A program made the position numbers and the translations under genes. A stretch of 62,763 nucleotides of DNA, filler included, from Basidiobolus ranarum (Eukaryota), in NCBI GenBank assembly GCA_040143965.1. It is 31 parts of 31 records of this genome, joined end to end, with 100 filler letters (N's around TTAATTAATTAA, not from the genome) between each part and the next. Parts side by side here need not be neighbours in the genome. Positions count along the whole stretch, not along the records: positions 14,246 to 16,178 come from JASJQH010004062.1; positions 16,279 to 18,211 come from JASJQH010004063.1; positions 18,312 to 20,243 come from JASJQH010004064.1; positions 20,344 to 22,274 come from JASJQH010004065.1; positions 22,375 to 24,304 come from JASJQH010004066.1; positions 24,405 to 26,333 come from JASJQH010004067.1; positions 26,434 to 28,360 come from JASJQH010004068.1; 24 more parts are not named here. The stretch is one strand, 5' to 3'. Below the pieces are notes generated by a model. That model worked only from the letters and a program-made list of their open reading frames with translations, did no database searches and had not been told where the DNA came from. Shown here in pieces: positions 14,310 to 26,593 of this stretch. How positions within the stretch are numbered: position 1 is the first letter of the stretch; each line of letters begins with the position of its first letter.

Positions 14310-15136
14310 GGAATCAGAATTTACTTAAAATATTTTTACCAACTTAGAAGTTCTCAGATATATAGAATTTGCAAACCTGTGCTAGAAGCCCTAAACTTTG
14401 CACACATGTACCTGGGACCTTCCTTAACCCATTCTACCACTGAGTTTGTTTGCATCTTGCCAAAACTATAAATGTGAACTTTCTACCCAATAAATCAATA
14501 TGTGAAAACCACCAATTCCTCTAATACTCCAAACCACTTTCAACAGGCTCCCAAATACTTTAATAGGTTATGAGCCCTAAGCTTGCACTTCCTATAATGT
14601 TTATTTCTCAAATTTATGGCACTTTTCCCTTTTCTGAAAAATTGGTGAAATCAACTATCAAGTTTGGAAAATTAAAATGAAAATGCTACTGCAAGAAAAA
14701 GGACTTTGGGACACTGTTGTAGGAGAAGAAAACAATACAAAACTCTATGAAACCAAAGTTTTACTCCAGGTTAAAAAAGAACAAAGTGCCTTTAACACAA
14801 TTTGTCTTATTGTTAAAGACAAATTGTTAATACAATGTTCAAGAGCTAAAACTGCCAAGAAGGTATGGAAAGCTTTGGAAGACACCTACCAAGCAGGTTC
14901 TGCTGCCAACAAGATGTTTATAAGAAGACAATTCTTCAACTTAAAGATGAAGCCAGAAGAAGACATTAAATCTCTAATTAATAGGGTCACTATTTTAGTT
15001 GATCAAATAGAATGCATTGGAGTACCTACTACTGATCACAATATCATAGTTACAATCCTGAATAGTCTGCCACACAAGTTTCAGAGCCTAGTAATGGCTC
15101 TAGAATCAAGAACCAAATATTTGACCTTAAATTTTG
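14310..15136 (+). mobile_element. Ty1/copia 5' end: partial LTR, PBS (14566-14577) and gag, truncated by an EnSpm insertion at 15137
   Basis: GGTTATGAGCCC follows the LTR; gag motifs NYQVWKIKMKMLL, TAKKVWKALEDTY, LNSLPHKFQSLVMALE. Confidence 0.9.
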
Positions 15137-16178
15137 CCCTAACAGAAATTTGAGGATTGTAATTGTAGGAAAAGCATCATAATTTTAATACATTTGGGAT
15201 TGACCATTTACTTACCATCATAAAATCATCAAGTTAGATTTGATCTTAATCAATTTTTTCAGTTTCAGGAGTGAAATTTCAAGATCTTGCAAAATAGTTG
15301 AACATGATTAGCTACAATCTCAGCAAACCATGGATCAATGCATGTGCAAAAAATGTAACTCAAGTTTTACACATTTACCACTTCACCGCTAATTTGTCAC
15401 CTTTGAAATTCCTAGTTTCTCTGATATATTCTCCTTAATATTTTTATAGAGTTCTCCATGCCTAAGGTTTGGTGCATATCCAACACAAGTTTGTATCAAT
15501 ATCTCCATCAAAGCCCACCATTGTATTAATGTTGCTGAATCAACATTCTTCCAGCTGGCTGGTAGATACTCTTCAATATTGTGCTATTCTATATTAACTT
15601 CTTCCCAGATATCTGCACAGTCAACACCAGACTGAATGTCAACTTGAATATTCTTCTTCTGAAGTCACTTTCCCCATACTTGCACTGTGCTTTTGAGTGA
15701 AATCCCCTATGAGAATGGACAGAGGGAGCAGCATGTTTCTGATTACAATATTGCTGCATTATTACTTGTGATGACCTATATAGCAACTTTGTTGTTTTTA
15801 CTTATGATTGCATACAAATCATTATGGTGTTCTGCCTGCAATTCCATTATTGCAATAAATCTATCCAAATTTTCTACGGAGGGTTGTTCAATAGTGGGCA
15901 AAGTAGCCATTTTGGAAGTTGATGGTCTTGATGGTGTTTTGGTTGTACTTTGCTCAACTAATGATTTACTACATCATTGGGGGATTACAATCTCTTCACT
16001 TGACTATTGCTGGAAAGGAACACATCTGGTAAGTTGATTAATGCTTCATTGTTACTTGAGTTAGTTTTTGCCATGTTAATGCCTTCCAAAGTGGATAGTG
16101 GATTGCTAGACTGCTCATCAATTAAGTCCTCTGTTTTTTCTTGTTTTTTTCCTTTTGTGCCAGCAGGCTTTGGTTTGG
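15137..16178 (+). mobile_element. CMC/EnSpm left end (TIR CCCTAACAGAAAT) with internally deleted ORF2
   Basis: Sharp junction within copia gag; distal part matches the rc of 36258-36465. Confidence 0.8.
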
Positions 16179-16829
16179 NNNNNNNNNNNNNNNNNNNNNN
16201 NNNNNNNNNNNNNNNNNNNNNNTTAATTAATTAANNNNNNNNNNNNNNNNNNNNNNNNNNNNNNNNNNNNNNNNNNNNAATTGAATAGCTGGCATTTGTA
16301 GTAGAAATTGTTGTAGAAAATATGTCTGAGTAAAGAGCTTCTCATTTTGCTCTTTATAAGCAATTATTCTTATTTACCAAGATATTTACATTAGTATGAG
16401 CGTATATACTATTCTCACTAGAAATGAGTATCCGATATTGTTATTTTATTTATTGATAAAGCGGTTTGCACAATTGTATATACGATTGATGCTTCCTAAG
16501 TGAATGTTGAATGCAAATTCAGGAAGTTAGACAGTCCTTAGTTCAATAGATACATCTCTGAATATGGCCATTGGGCTATAGATATTTGTTAATGAGCTTA
16601 TTGAATAACTTAATTTAATAACCAATCACCAACATGAAGCAAATATGGAGATGACTGGTTGAATGTTATAATTGAATGGTATGGCTAAGTATTGTGCAGC
16701 AAAGTGTAATTTTGTGTTAGTTACATGCAAAAGCTATATGATGAGCTAGCTAAACAAGTTAGCTAAATGGGCTAGAAATGTAGAATTATTGTTAGCCACT
16801 CTTATAGCTAATCAATACAATATCTACAT

Positions 16830-17198
16830 TGTTGAATTTTATTGTCTTTATCATATTTGTTATCTCTATCTTTATACACCTAACTATTTCATATATCACA
16901 TATAAGTTAGTTAACATTACTGAGTCAAATATCACTTAACTGAAAATTGGAACATATATATGTGGATAATGTGAGAATTAGCAATTCCATATTGAAAATT
17001 TCAAACTCATCCAAATTGCCCCAAAGCTAGCTCATCTTACTCCCACAGATGCTCTGAGCACAGCCCCAGTGTTAGCTTTCTGTACTTCCATCAAAATGTA
17101 TAAAAGCTTTATTTCTGGACAATAAATAATTATCTCACAAAGCTATTCCCAACTCCACTTTTCTAAAGTTCCTCCAAACAGCCCATATTCTCCCAATA
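16830..17198 (+). mobile_element. Solo LTR, 369 bp, termini TGTTG...CAATA, 5-bp TSD TACAT
   Basis: TACAT at 16825-16829 and 17199-17203; at least 8 copies in the window. Confidence 0.88.
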
Positions 17199-18629
17199 TA
17201 CATCAAATCCAATTTTCTGTCTTGTTACTCATTAAGGGTCAGAGTTAGTTCAAACCTTATCTTTGCTTACTAGATGTTTTATTGATTAATAATCAAAAGT
17301 TTACCAGTATTCATCTACCCTGATATTCAAAGCAAATCTTAATAAATCCCCTAACACTAATTCAGTTAAGCACTATGAACTAATGAGAAAATAATACAGC
17401 ATAGCAATAACACATATTTGAAAGAGGTTCCTAGTCTGTCAATTACCATTGTACAAAACTGCTTGCTTGTAAAAATGTTTTGTACTTGGAGCTGTACATC
17501 TAGAGCCAAGGAGCTGCCCTTCATCAATACAGTTAACCATGTAAATTCAATTATTACAACATATTAGGTTATTCAGCCCCTTAACTTCAGCATTCCACAG
17601 CTAGAGCATTGTTTCTGAACTTTCTCACTGTACCATTAGCCTATTTAATGCAATATTCCTGCATTCTCACATATTCTCACAATGATAATGATATTTGACA
17701 TGGTGTAATGGAAGTAGCTATGTATCAAATATTAATGGAATGTATATAAACCAGGGAAAAGATAAACTATGTGCTTCAATTTGGTTACTTTTGCAATTTT
17801 ACTCCCTTAATATCACTTCCACAAAACTATTTGCTACTTACTGTGAAGTATGCAGCTTTAATGATATTGGCATCTGGATCTGCTTGTCAAGCTAGATATG
17901 CCTGCTGTGCTAGATTGGGGAAAGGATCAATTTAGGATAGCTTCAATTGTGTCCCAAAGAAGGTTGCATGGAGAAAGGCATGTGTTGCTGCTGATTTGAG
18001 TTAGAGGGGGAGACAGTCACCAAAAGGTGAAATCTTTATTTCAAACAAAACAAAGAAGCCATAACTACTTTTGTAGTTTCTTAACTAATGTATAGAGATA
18101 TGGAGTATTTGTATGAATGTTGCAAAGCAGAAAAGTTAAGTCAGTAGAATCTAAGACACTGTTAAGTGGAGTGGGAGGGAGTAACAAAGGTAAAAATGGT
18201 TTGTCAACAATNNNNNNNNNNNNNNNNNNNNNNNNNNNNNNNNNNNNNNNNNNNNTTAATTAATTAANNNNNNNNNNNNNNNNNNNNNNNNNNNNNNNNN
18301 NNNNNNNNNNNTAATCTTTATTCAACATCATAGTTAACTTTAGTTATGATATATATATCAGAAACAGAAAGCAACATATCTATAGCCCCTATATTCTAAA
18401 TAGGAATATCTCTATATCTATAAAACAAGTATGTCTTATTACCCCCACTTATTTATTATATCCTATTACACAAACTCCTGAATATCTCATACAATTGATA
18501 CACTTCTCTACTATATAAGTCACCATATACTCTTAAGAATAAAGTAACTAAAACACACTATCATAAGTTGCTTCTAATACCAAAGTCTACCCCCATAATG
18601 TCAAGATCCTCCAGCAACTTCTCAAATCT

Positions 18630-20243
18630 ATGGAACTTTTCCCTCTTCTGAAAAATTGGATGGAACCAATTATCAAGTTTGGAAAATTAAAATGAAAATG
18701 CTGCTGCCAGAAAAAAGACTTTGGGACACTGTTGTAGAAGAAGTAAACAATGCAAAACTATCTGAAACCAAAGTTTTAATCCTGGTTAAAAAAGAACAAA
18801 GTGCCTTTAACACAATTTGTCTATATGTTAAAGACAAATTGCTAATTCAATGTTCAAGAGCTAAAACTGCCAAGAAGGTATGGAAAACCTTGGAAGACAC
18901 CTACCATACAAGTTCTGCTGCCAACAAGATGTTTCTAAGAAGACAATTCTTTAACTTAAAGATGAAGCCAGGAGAAGACATTAAATCACTAATTAATAGA
19001 GTTACTATTTTAGTGGATGAAATGGAATGCATTGGAGTACCTACTACTGATCAAGATATCATACTTACTGTTCTAAATAGCCTGCCACACAAATCTCAAA
19101 ACCTAGTAATGGTTTAAATCAATTTGAATGCTTGGATCAGGAGAAAATTAATTGTTGTCATATTCTGAGGTCAATTTGGGTGAAATTTACCCTTCATTAA
19201 GCAAAACATCCCTAGACTTGATTTACTTGGAGATTTTTGTATCATAGAGTCTGTAGGCCTTGGTTTGAGTGCAATAATCCAGAAATATGCATTTCTTGAC
19301 TACTTTTGGTCATGATTTTGTTATAAGCAATGCATCCAAAGATCATCAAATGTTTTACATCAGGTTTAACTCCAAGCCAAGTGTGATATAGCATAGAGCT
19401 AGACAGACTTTGCCTAAAACTCCTCTTCTTCAGATACATAGCTGTAGCAACAGACTGTGCCCCAAAATTATGGGATATATTTTGTGCATTTATCAAAGCT
19501 CTGGCCATTTCTATCATAGTCCTGTTAGCTCTATTGGCAACTGCATTTTGTTGAGGTGAATACAGGGCTGCAGCTTCTTGCTACATTCCATGAACTTTGC
19601 AAAAGTGATTAAAAGATTTGAAGCATATTCTCTGCTATTATCAGTATGTATTTTCTTAATGCTAGTTGCAGTTTCAGTCTCTACAAGCTTTTTAAATTCT
19701 CTAAAGATATAGAGAGCTTCTTCTTTTTTTCCATAAAGTAGACCCAAGTATATCTTGTATAATCATCAATAAATGTGATTAAACATCTTTTTCCACCTAA
19801 AGATGAATTTTGCATTAGCCCACTAAAATCTGAATGAACTAGATTCAATATTTTGACAGATTTGATGAAACCAAAGCTCTGGAACATTTGCCTGGCTTGT
19901 TTTCAATATACACTTCCCTCACAAATTTTCATTTTGGTTGGGGGGTTAATTTGAATTCCAGAAATTAGGCAATTTTTGATCATTTTGCTCAAATAATCCA
20001 ATCCAATATAGCCAAATCTCATATGCTATGATTGAATAGTTTCTTGATTGGGGTATCTTATAGTTATACACAAACCTCTTGAATTATATGTTAAAGTATT
20101 TGGGAGCCTGTTGGAAGTGGTTTTGAGAATTAGAGAAGTTGGTGGTTTTCACTTGTTGATTTATTGAGTAGAAAGTTGACATTTATAGTTTTGTCAAGAT
20201 GTAAGCAAACTAATGTGTAGAATTTGTTAAGGAAGGTCCCAGG
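18630..20243. mobile_element. Rearranged copia remnants: gag on + (to ~19114), integrase on - (~19115-20040), LTR on - (~20089-20243)
   Basis: DGTNYQVWKIKMK gag; LVHSDFSGLMQNSSLGGKRCLITFIDDYTRYTWVYF integrase; LTR matches 22687-23034. Confidence 0.88.
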
Positions 20244-20343
20244 NNNNNNNNNNNNNNNNNNNNNNNNNNNNNNNNNNNNNNNNNNNNTTAATTAATTAAN
20301 NNNNNNNNNNNNNNNNNNNNNNNNNNNNNNNNNNNNNNNNNNN

Positions 20344-21667
20344 TTTGACTGGCTGTTGCCATGGTTGCATTCCAGTATGTGTTGGAGCAAGTTGTATACC
20401 TTGAGGTTTGTGTTTGGCAGTTCTTGCCTCTTCAACCATGGTAGAAGCTTCATCTCTTTTGACTGGCCGCCATGACCTCTGTTGCATGGCAGAATGTGTT
20501 GGAGCATATTGTCTACCTTGAGGTTTGTGTTTGACTGTTGTGGCTTCTTCAAGCTCAGTAAGAGCTTCACTATCTCTCTCAAACACCCATTGTCTTGGTC
20601 TTGTGGGGGTATGCATAGTAGCGAATCTCTGTCTTAGTAGATGGCTCTCAGGTGTCAGATCTTCATTCTACAAAGTGGAAAGTTCAATCATTCTTGCAAT
20701 TGGCCTTTGTTGCTGTCACATGGTTGAACGCGTTAAACTGGTATTTCTTTCTGATGGCATGCTCCTTGGAGCTGACTCTTCTCCAGATGTAAAAAGCTCA
20801 CTGGTTGGTTCAGTTGAGTCAGGTAAATTGCATGCTACAATGCGTGAAAATGCAGGCCGTCCTCTTTCTAGTTCTTCATTAACTGCTTGCTCTTCATCAA
20901 AAATGGGAGAAGCATCATGGACTCTTCCAAGTTGGCATTGCTGTCAATGTGTACTACTAGCTGATGAATCAACTTGTAGGGCTCTTGCCCTTGTTTTGAT
21001 TTGGAGCAATCTAGTATGTCTCTGCAATGGTCTAGACTGCTCCAATTTGTCCTCAGGAATATCTTCTGATTCAATAAATTGTCTAGCATTTCTCATTACA
21101 TATCTGTTGATTACTCTTGCTATAGTGTCCTGAAATTCTTGTTTTGAACTCTGCAACCTCCATCAACAGTTGCTGCAAAGTCTCATTAGGCAGTGGTAGA
21201 TATCTATTTAGAACATCTTTTGTCTCTAAAGTTGAGGCTGCAAAGGTTGCTTCCAGTCCATACAAGCGGAAATGTGATTGGAATTGTGTCTTTGCAGACT
21301 CAAGATTGAAATTCCTGTTTCTCAATTCACACTTTCTATCCTCATGAGTCTTATAGTGTATTTTTTTGCAGACTTCTGAAGGCACAAAGATATAGTATTC
21401 TCTCCAAATCAGAGTTGAAAGTTGCTTCCACTTTTGTCTAATGCCCCCTTCCCCACCTTCTGTTAAGTTTATCAATAACTCCCATATATCCAAGCAAGAA
21501 TTAATAGTGGATACCTGGGCATCTGTAAAATCATTAGGCACATGCTGCTTTGCACCACCCACACCTTCATTCAACTGCGCACATGAGATTTTGGAAGTGG
21601 CGGTTTCCTGTACCAAAGTAGGTTGTGAATCGGAAGAATCAGCTTTGACATGATACGTAACTACCAT
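20344..21667 (-). pseudogene. Decayed long ORF of unknown function with ~39-aa C-terminal repeats, probably a transposon accessory gene
   Basis: Continuous frame after allowing one frameshift and several TGA/TAG stops; repeat KHKPQG..APTH..MQ..W.PVK; CpG-poor. Confidence 0.45.
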
Positions 21668-22013
21668 GCATATCTATGATGTTAGACTTTATTGGTTTCA
21701 ATCAAAATTAGGGATCTTTTTATATTATTGGTTAAAATGTCAAAGTTAATTTCCTATAGTGTGATCAAGCATAATGCATTTTGCTTTGAGCCGTTTCAAT
21801 ATATGCACTAAATAAATTGATTTGGATCAAACTATGATTAACTTTGCTGATGCAGTTTATTATATAATTTCCATGCAATTACACATAATTGAAATAATTA
21901 GGATAATAAACACAAACAGAAATTTTATTATACAGAATGTAGGGAATTTTACCATGATAATTGAAATTCTTAGATAAAAAACTTGCATGCGCCAGCTCAA
22001 AACAAGATTAATA

Positions 22014-22274
22014 TCATGCTCTCCATCTACTCTAAATGGTCATTCCTCATTAATCCAAAAGCAACTACTGGCTTTCCTATCACCACCCTAGAGGCTATAT
22101 TTGAGAAATACTGTGGCTCATATACTCCAATACCTACCAGAAAGCAGCTAGTCAATTTGTTTTGTTACTACAAAAACTATTGTCCAATCAGATTTCAGTG
22201 CACTATTAATGGTAGCAAAAGTGGGAGAAGCTTCCATACCAGGCTTCAAGTAAGTGAGAATTATCTAGCTTCTG
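22014..22274 (+). CDS. Possible N-terminus of a PIF/Harbinger (DDE_Tnp_4-type) transposase, truncated
   Basis: TTGFPITTLEAIF...QLVNLFCYYKNY resembles the HTH region preceding DDE_Tnp_4; divergent from the neighbouring ORF. Confidence 0.35.
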
Positions 22275-22374
22275 NNNNNNNNNNNNNNNNNNNNNNNNNN
22301 NNNNNNNNNNNNNNNNNNTTAATTAATTAANNNNNNNNNNNNNNNNNNNNNNNNNNNNNNNNNNNNNNNNNNNN

Positions 22375-22575
22375 GTAAATCAATTGTTTGAGATATTCAG
22401 GAGTTTGTGTAATAAGATATAATAGATAAGTGGGGGTAATAAGACATACTTGTTATATAGATATAGAGATATTCCTATTTAGAATGTAGGGGCTATTGAT
22501 ACGTTGCTTTCTGTTACTGATATATGTATCATAACTAAGTTCACTATGATGCTGAATAAAGATTAATTATCCAAC
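22375..22575 (+). repeat. LTR-like repeat of a third family ending ...ATCCAACA (also ~6478-6600, 18312-18500, 36566-36915)
   Basis: Shared GATATTCAGGAGTTTGTGTAATA...GATGTTGAATAAAG blocks with AATAAA near a CA end. Confidence 0.65.
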
Positions 22576-22686
22576 AATTTTCTATCAAAAGGTAGGTTTG
22601 TTGAAATCCAAGTTTGATTTTCAATCAAAGCCTGGCACTCATGAGTCATCATATATCCCCACAATTTTGCATGAGAGCCATTCAGG

Positions 22687-23345
22687 TGTTGAGATTAGCA
22701 TTGCCTAGGCATCTATCTAGTCTTATATAGCTTAGTACTTTGTTATCTTATACTCTGCTAAGATATTTACCATTATTCTCAATTGGAATTTACTTAGTAT
22801 GTTCATACAAACTTGGAAGTTCTCCAATATATATATTTTTCCAACTTGAGCTAGAAGCCCCAAACTTGGCTCACATGCTCCTGGAACCTTCCTCAATACA
22901 TTTTGCTCATTAGTTTGCTTACGCCTTGACAAAACTACAAATGTCAACTTTTTACTCAATAAATAAATAAGTAAAAACCACCAATTTCTCTAATTCTCCA
23001 GACCACTTCCAACAGGCTCCCAAATACTTTAACAGACTAGGAGCCCAAAGCTTGCACTCTCTGTATTTTCTACTTCTCAAATTTTTGGCACTTTTCCATT
23101 CTCTGAACAATTGGATGGACCCAATTATCAAGTTTGGAAAATTAGAATGAAAATGTTGCTACAAGAAAAATAACTTCAGGACACTGAAGTAGGAGAAGAA
23201 AACAATGCAAAAGTATATGAGACCAAAGCTTTACTACAGGTAGAAGAAGAACAAAGTGCCTTTAACACAGTTTGTTTTAATGTTAAAGACAAACTGCTAA
23301 TTCAATGTTCAAGAGCTAAAACTGCCAAGAAGTTATGGAAAGCCA
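22687..23345 (+). mobile_element. Copia 5' LTR (22687-23034), mutated PBS and decayed gag
   Basis: TGTTG...TTAACA, 348 bp; gag with in-frame stop. Confidence 0.85.
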
Positions 23346-23346
23346 A

Positions 23347-24304
23347 AGTGACTTCAGAAGAAGAACATTCACCTTGATATTCAGCCTGCTGTTGACCATG
23401 CATATATTAGGGAAGAACTTAATACAGAGTGGTACACTATTGGAGGGTATCTGCCAGATGGCTGGAAAAATGTTGATTCAGCAACATTTGTACAATGGTG
23501 GGCTTTGATGGAGATATTGTTACAAACTCATGTTGTGAATGAGCTAAACCTTGGGTATGACAAACTCTATAAAAATATTCAGGAGAATATATCAAAGAGA
23601 CTAGGGATTTCAAAGGTGACAAATTAGCATTCAAATGGTAATTGTGTAGAATTTGAGTTACATTTTTTGCACATGCATTGATCCATAGTTTGCTGAGATT
23701 ATAGCCAATCATGTGCAACTCTTTTGTGATATCTTGAAATTTCACTCCTGAAACTGAAAAAATTGATTAGAATCAAATATCACTTGACTATTTTATGATG
23801 GTAAGTAAAAGGTCAATCCCAAATGGATTAAAATTGTGCCAGTTATCCTAAAATAACAATACTTAAATTTCTGTTAGGAGTTAGTAGCTAACCAAAGTAA
23901 CAATGAAACATTAACCAATTTACCAAATGTGTTCATCTCTGGCAATAGTGCAATTGAAGAGATGACAATGCCCCAATTACATAGTAAATCAATAGTTAAC
24001 CCTAACAAAAATAAAATCAATTTGATCCAGATCAGATCCACCCTCCAAAAGAGCAAAACTGTCAGAGAGCCATCACAATATTGGTGGCTTGCATTCTGCC
24101 AGGGATTTTGATGGTATGACCATGGTTTCTTGACCGTATTCTGATGGTATTCATACATGTTAAAATATTGATCCTCAAATTTTGCATGTGTTATTCAATA
24201 TCCGGCAATTTTGCCATATATAATTTTTGAATGCAAATTACTGGGCTTACTGCTGTAGGAATTTGAATTAATATGCATACCTTTATTTAGATATTTTAGG
24301 CTTT
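23347..24304 (-). mobile_element. Two EnSpm ends in tandem (left end ~23878, right end 24000) nested in ORF2 of a third copy
   Basis: TTTCTGTTAGG and CCCTAACAAAAAT separated by ~120 bp matching the rc of 15960-16070. Confidence 0.7.
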
Positions 24305-24404
24305 NNNNNNNNNNNNNNNNNNNNNNNNNNNNNNNNNNNNNNNNNNNNTTAATTAATTAANNNNNNNNNNNNNNNNNNNNNNNNNNNNNNNNNNNNNNNN
24401 NNNN

Positions 24405-24539
24405 CAAACCAGATTCAATGGAGTCTTGACTGACAAGAGCGAGAGCACGAACACCAGCACCGAGGCCACCGAACATCTCACGACCGATGACAGGCTCGGT
24501 AGTAGGGATAGAGGCAAGGTCAACATCTAGCAGCAAGTC
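24405..24539 (-). CDS. Fragment of an unidentified host-like coding sequence
   Basis: GC-richer, CpG-intact, biased codons: DVDLASIPTTEPVIGREMFGGLGAGVRALALVSQDSIESGL; runs off the contig. Confidence 0.4.
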
Positions 24540-24646
24540 CTAAAAGTTGTCCGGACTTACTGGTTTAACCAAAGTTACATTTTGACCTATATCATTCTGA
24601 TTTTGGAATCATTGCATATGTGGTACTCCCATAAATTCTGAGATTA

Positions 24647-25496
24647 CCCTAACAGAAGTTTGAGGATTGTTATTATAGGAAAACTGTCACAATTTAATCC
24701 ATTTGGGACTGACTGTTTACTTACCATCATAAAATCATAAACTTAGATTTGATTTTAATAAATTTTTTCAGTTTTGGGAGTGAAATTTCAAGATCTTGCA
24801 AAATTGTTGCACATGATTGGCTACAATCTCAGCAAACTATGGCTCAACACATGTGCAAAAAACGTAACTGAAATTTTACACAAGAAGTACATAAAAAAAT
24901 ATTCAAAGTGCTTGAGGAGTATTTTCAAAAGTATTAGGTGAAAACTGCAGTGCAAGTATGCAGAAAGTGGCTTCAGAAGAAGAACATTCCGCTTAACATT
25001 CAATCTGGTGTTGACCATGCAGATATCTGTGAAGAACTTAATATGGAGTGGCACAATATTGCTGAGTATCTGCCAGATAGCTGGAAGCAAGTTGATTCAG
25101 CAATGTTAATACAATGGTGGGCTTTGATGGATATATTGATACAAACTTGTGTTGGATGTGAGCTAAACCTTGGGTATGAAGAACTCTATCAAAATATTCA
25201 GGAGAATATATCAAAGAAACTGGGGATCTCAAAGGTGACTAATTAGTATTCAACTGGTGAATGTGAAAAATTTTGTTACATTTTTTGCACATGTGTTGAT
25301 CCATAGTTCTCTGAGATTGTAGCCAATCATGTTCAACTATTCTGCACGATCTTGAAATTGCACTCCTGAAACTGAAAAAGTTGATTGAAATCAAATCTAA
25401 CTTGATGAATTTATGATGGTAAGTAAATAGTCAATCCAAATGGATTAAAATTGTGGTTGGTTTCCTACAATAACAAAACTCAAATTTCTGTTAGGG
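24647..25496. mobile_element. 850-bp non-autonomous EnSpm derivative made of two left ends, flanked by TA
   Basis: CCCTAACAGAA...TTCTGTTAGGG with ~235-bp imperfect inverted arms; TA at 24645-24646 and 25497-25498. Confidence 0.7.
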
Positions 25497-25498
25497 TA

Positions 25499-26110
25499 GG
25501 CTCTGGGGATCTGAGTGTATGAGGCCCCAATTATTTGATCAATTTTGCTTATTCCGGCACTTGCAAACAGCTGTCCATGTTGCCTACCATATAGGCAACC
25601 TTCACATAGCTCCAGATCTGTTGGAAATACAAATTTAGTCCCAAAACCATCTTTTTTTTATTAAATTTCTCAAATTTTTAGCACCTGGATGCAGGATTTT
25701 CCAATATATGTATTCAGCTGTGGCAGTATTAACTTGTTCGTATATTGGCCTACTATAATGAAGCTTATACAAGAAATTTTACTTAGCTCCAGAAGCTACA
25801 TAATTGCTTTTTTGATCCCTGATGTATAGCCATTTGATCAAAATTAAAGCTATATCCCTCAGATGTAGCTTTTCATGCCAATAACAAATTTGTAGCTATT
25901 CCAGGCACATAGAGCACATTTTTCATTGTCAAATACATGTGCCCATAGATGCCCCCAAGTCCACCTCAATTTTTCCCACTCCAAAGATTCTAGTAGCTAG
26001 TCATCTCCCATATAAACCTTCTAGTGTATGTAAGTTTTGAGCATCTTAAACCAGTTTTTTTGATTAGGGAAATGTTAAGAGGCTCCAAAATCAGTATACC
26101 ACATCCTACA
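25499..26110 (-). pseudogene. Decayed copia protease / pre-integrase region
   Basis: WYTDFGAS*H (cf. WYLDSGAS.H), LYVPGIATNL, CEGCLYGRQH, LIHSD. Confidence 0.7.
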
Positions 26111-26433
26111 GTCTATTGGGAAGATATGGGCTGTTTGGAGGAACTTTAGAAAAGTGGAGTTGTGAATAGCTTTGTGAGATAATTGTTTATTGTCCAGAAA
26201 TAAAGCATTTATACTTTTTGGCGGAAATACAGAAAACTAACACTGGGGTTGTGTTCAGAACATCTGTGGGAGTAAAATGAGCTATCTTTGGGGCAATTTG
26301 GATGAGTTTGAAATTTCCAATATGTAATTGCTANNNNNNNNNNNNNNNNNNNNNNNNNNNNNNNNNNNNNNNNNNNNTTAATTAATTAANNNNNNNNNNN
26401 NNNNNNNNNNNNNNNNNNNNNNNNNNNNNNNNN

Positions 26434-26593
26434 GATGAATTTGGCCATTCTTGAAGGAGTGATCACGCTAGTTCGTATCATGGATGACTTCGATATGAAG
26501 TTGGTGCCTGGACAAACCATTCAAAGGGAAACCTCTCTCACTTCGCCAATGAGATACGGAATGTTTGTAGAAATGCGTGAACGTAGTAGTTGA
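26434..26593 (+). CDS. Cytochrome P450 C-terminus (just after the heme Cys)
   Basis: MNLAILEGVITLVRIMDDFDMKLVPGQTIQRETSLTSPMRYGMFVEMRERSS*: L helix and terminal strands typical of P450s. Confidence 0.8.

Noticed and set aside
20344-20616. Kex2-processed repeat peptide precursor (KRDEA)
   Set aside because: No signal peptide, only one clear KR site, and it is the tail of a stop-riddled, CpG-poor ORF.
20525-21133. 202-aa plus-strand ORF and similar shadow ORFs (e.g. 32851-33072, 37108-38157, 43519-43812, 61929-62282)
   Set aside because: Antisense shadows of better-supported coding frames.
24540-24560. 21-nt GTAAGT...TAG micro-intron on the minus strand
   Set aside because: Other introns here are about 50-80 nt and the upstream sequence looks like TE remnant, so it is probably coincidental.
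24938-25300. Ulp1-like protease in the EnSpm left arm
   Set aside because: The resemblance is weak and the frame ends at KVTN* before the putative catalytic Cys.
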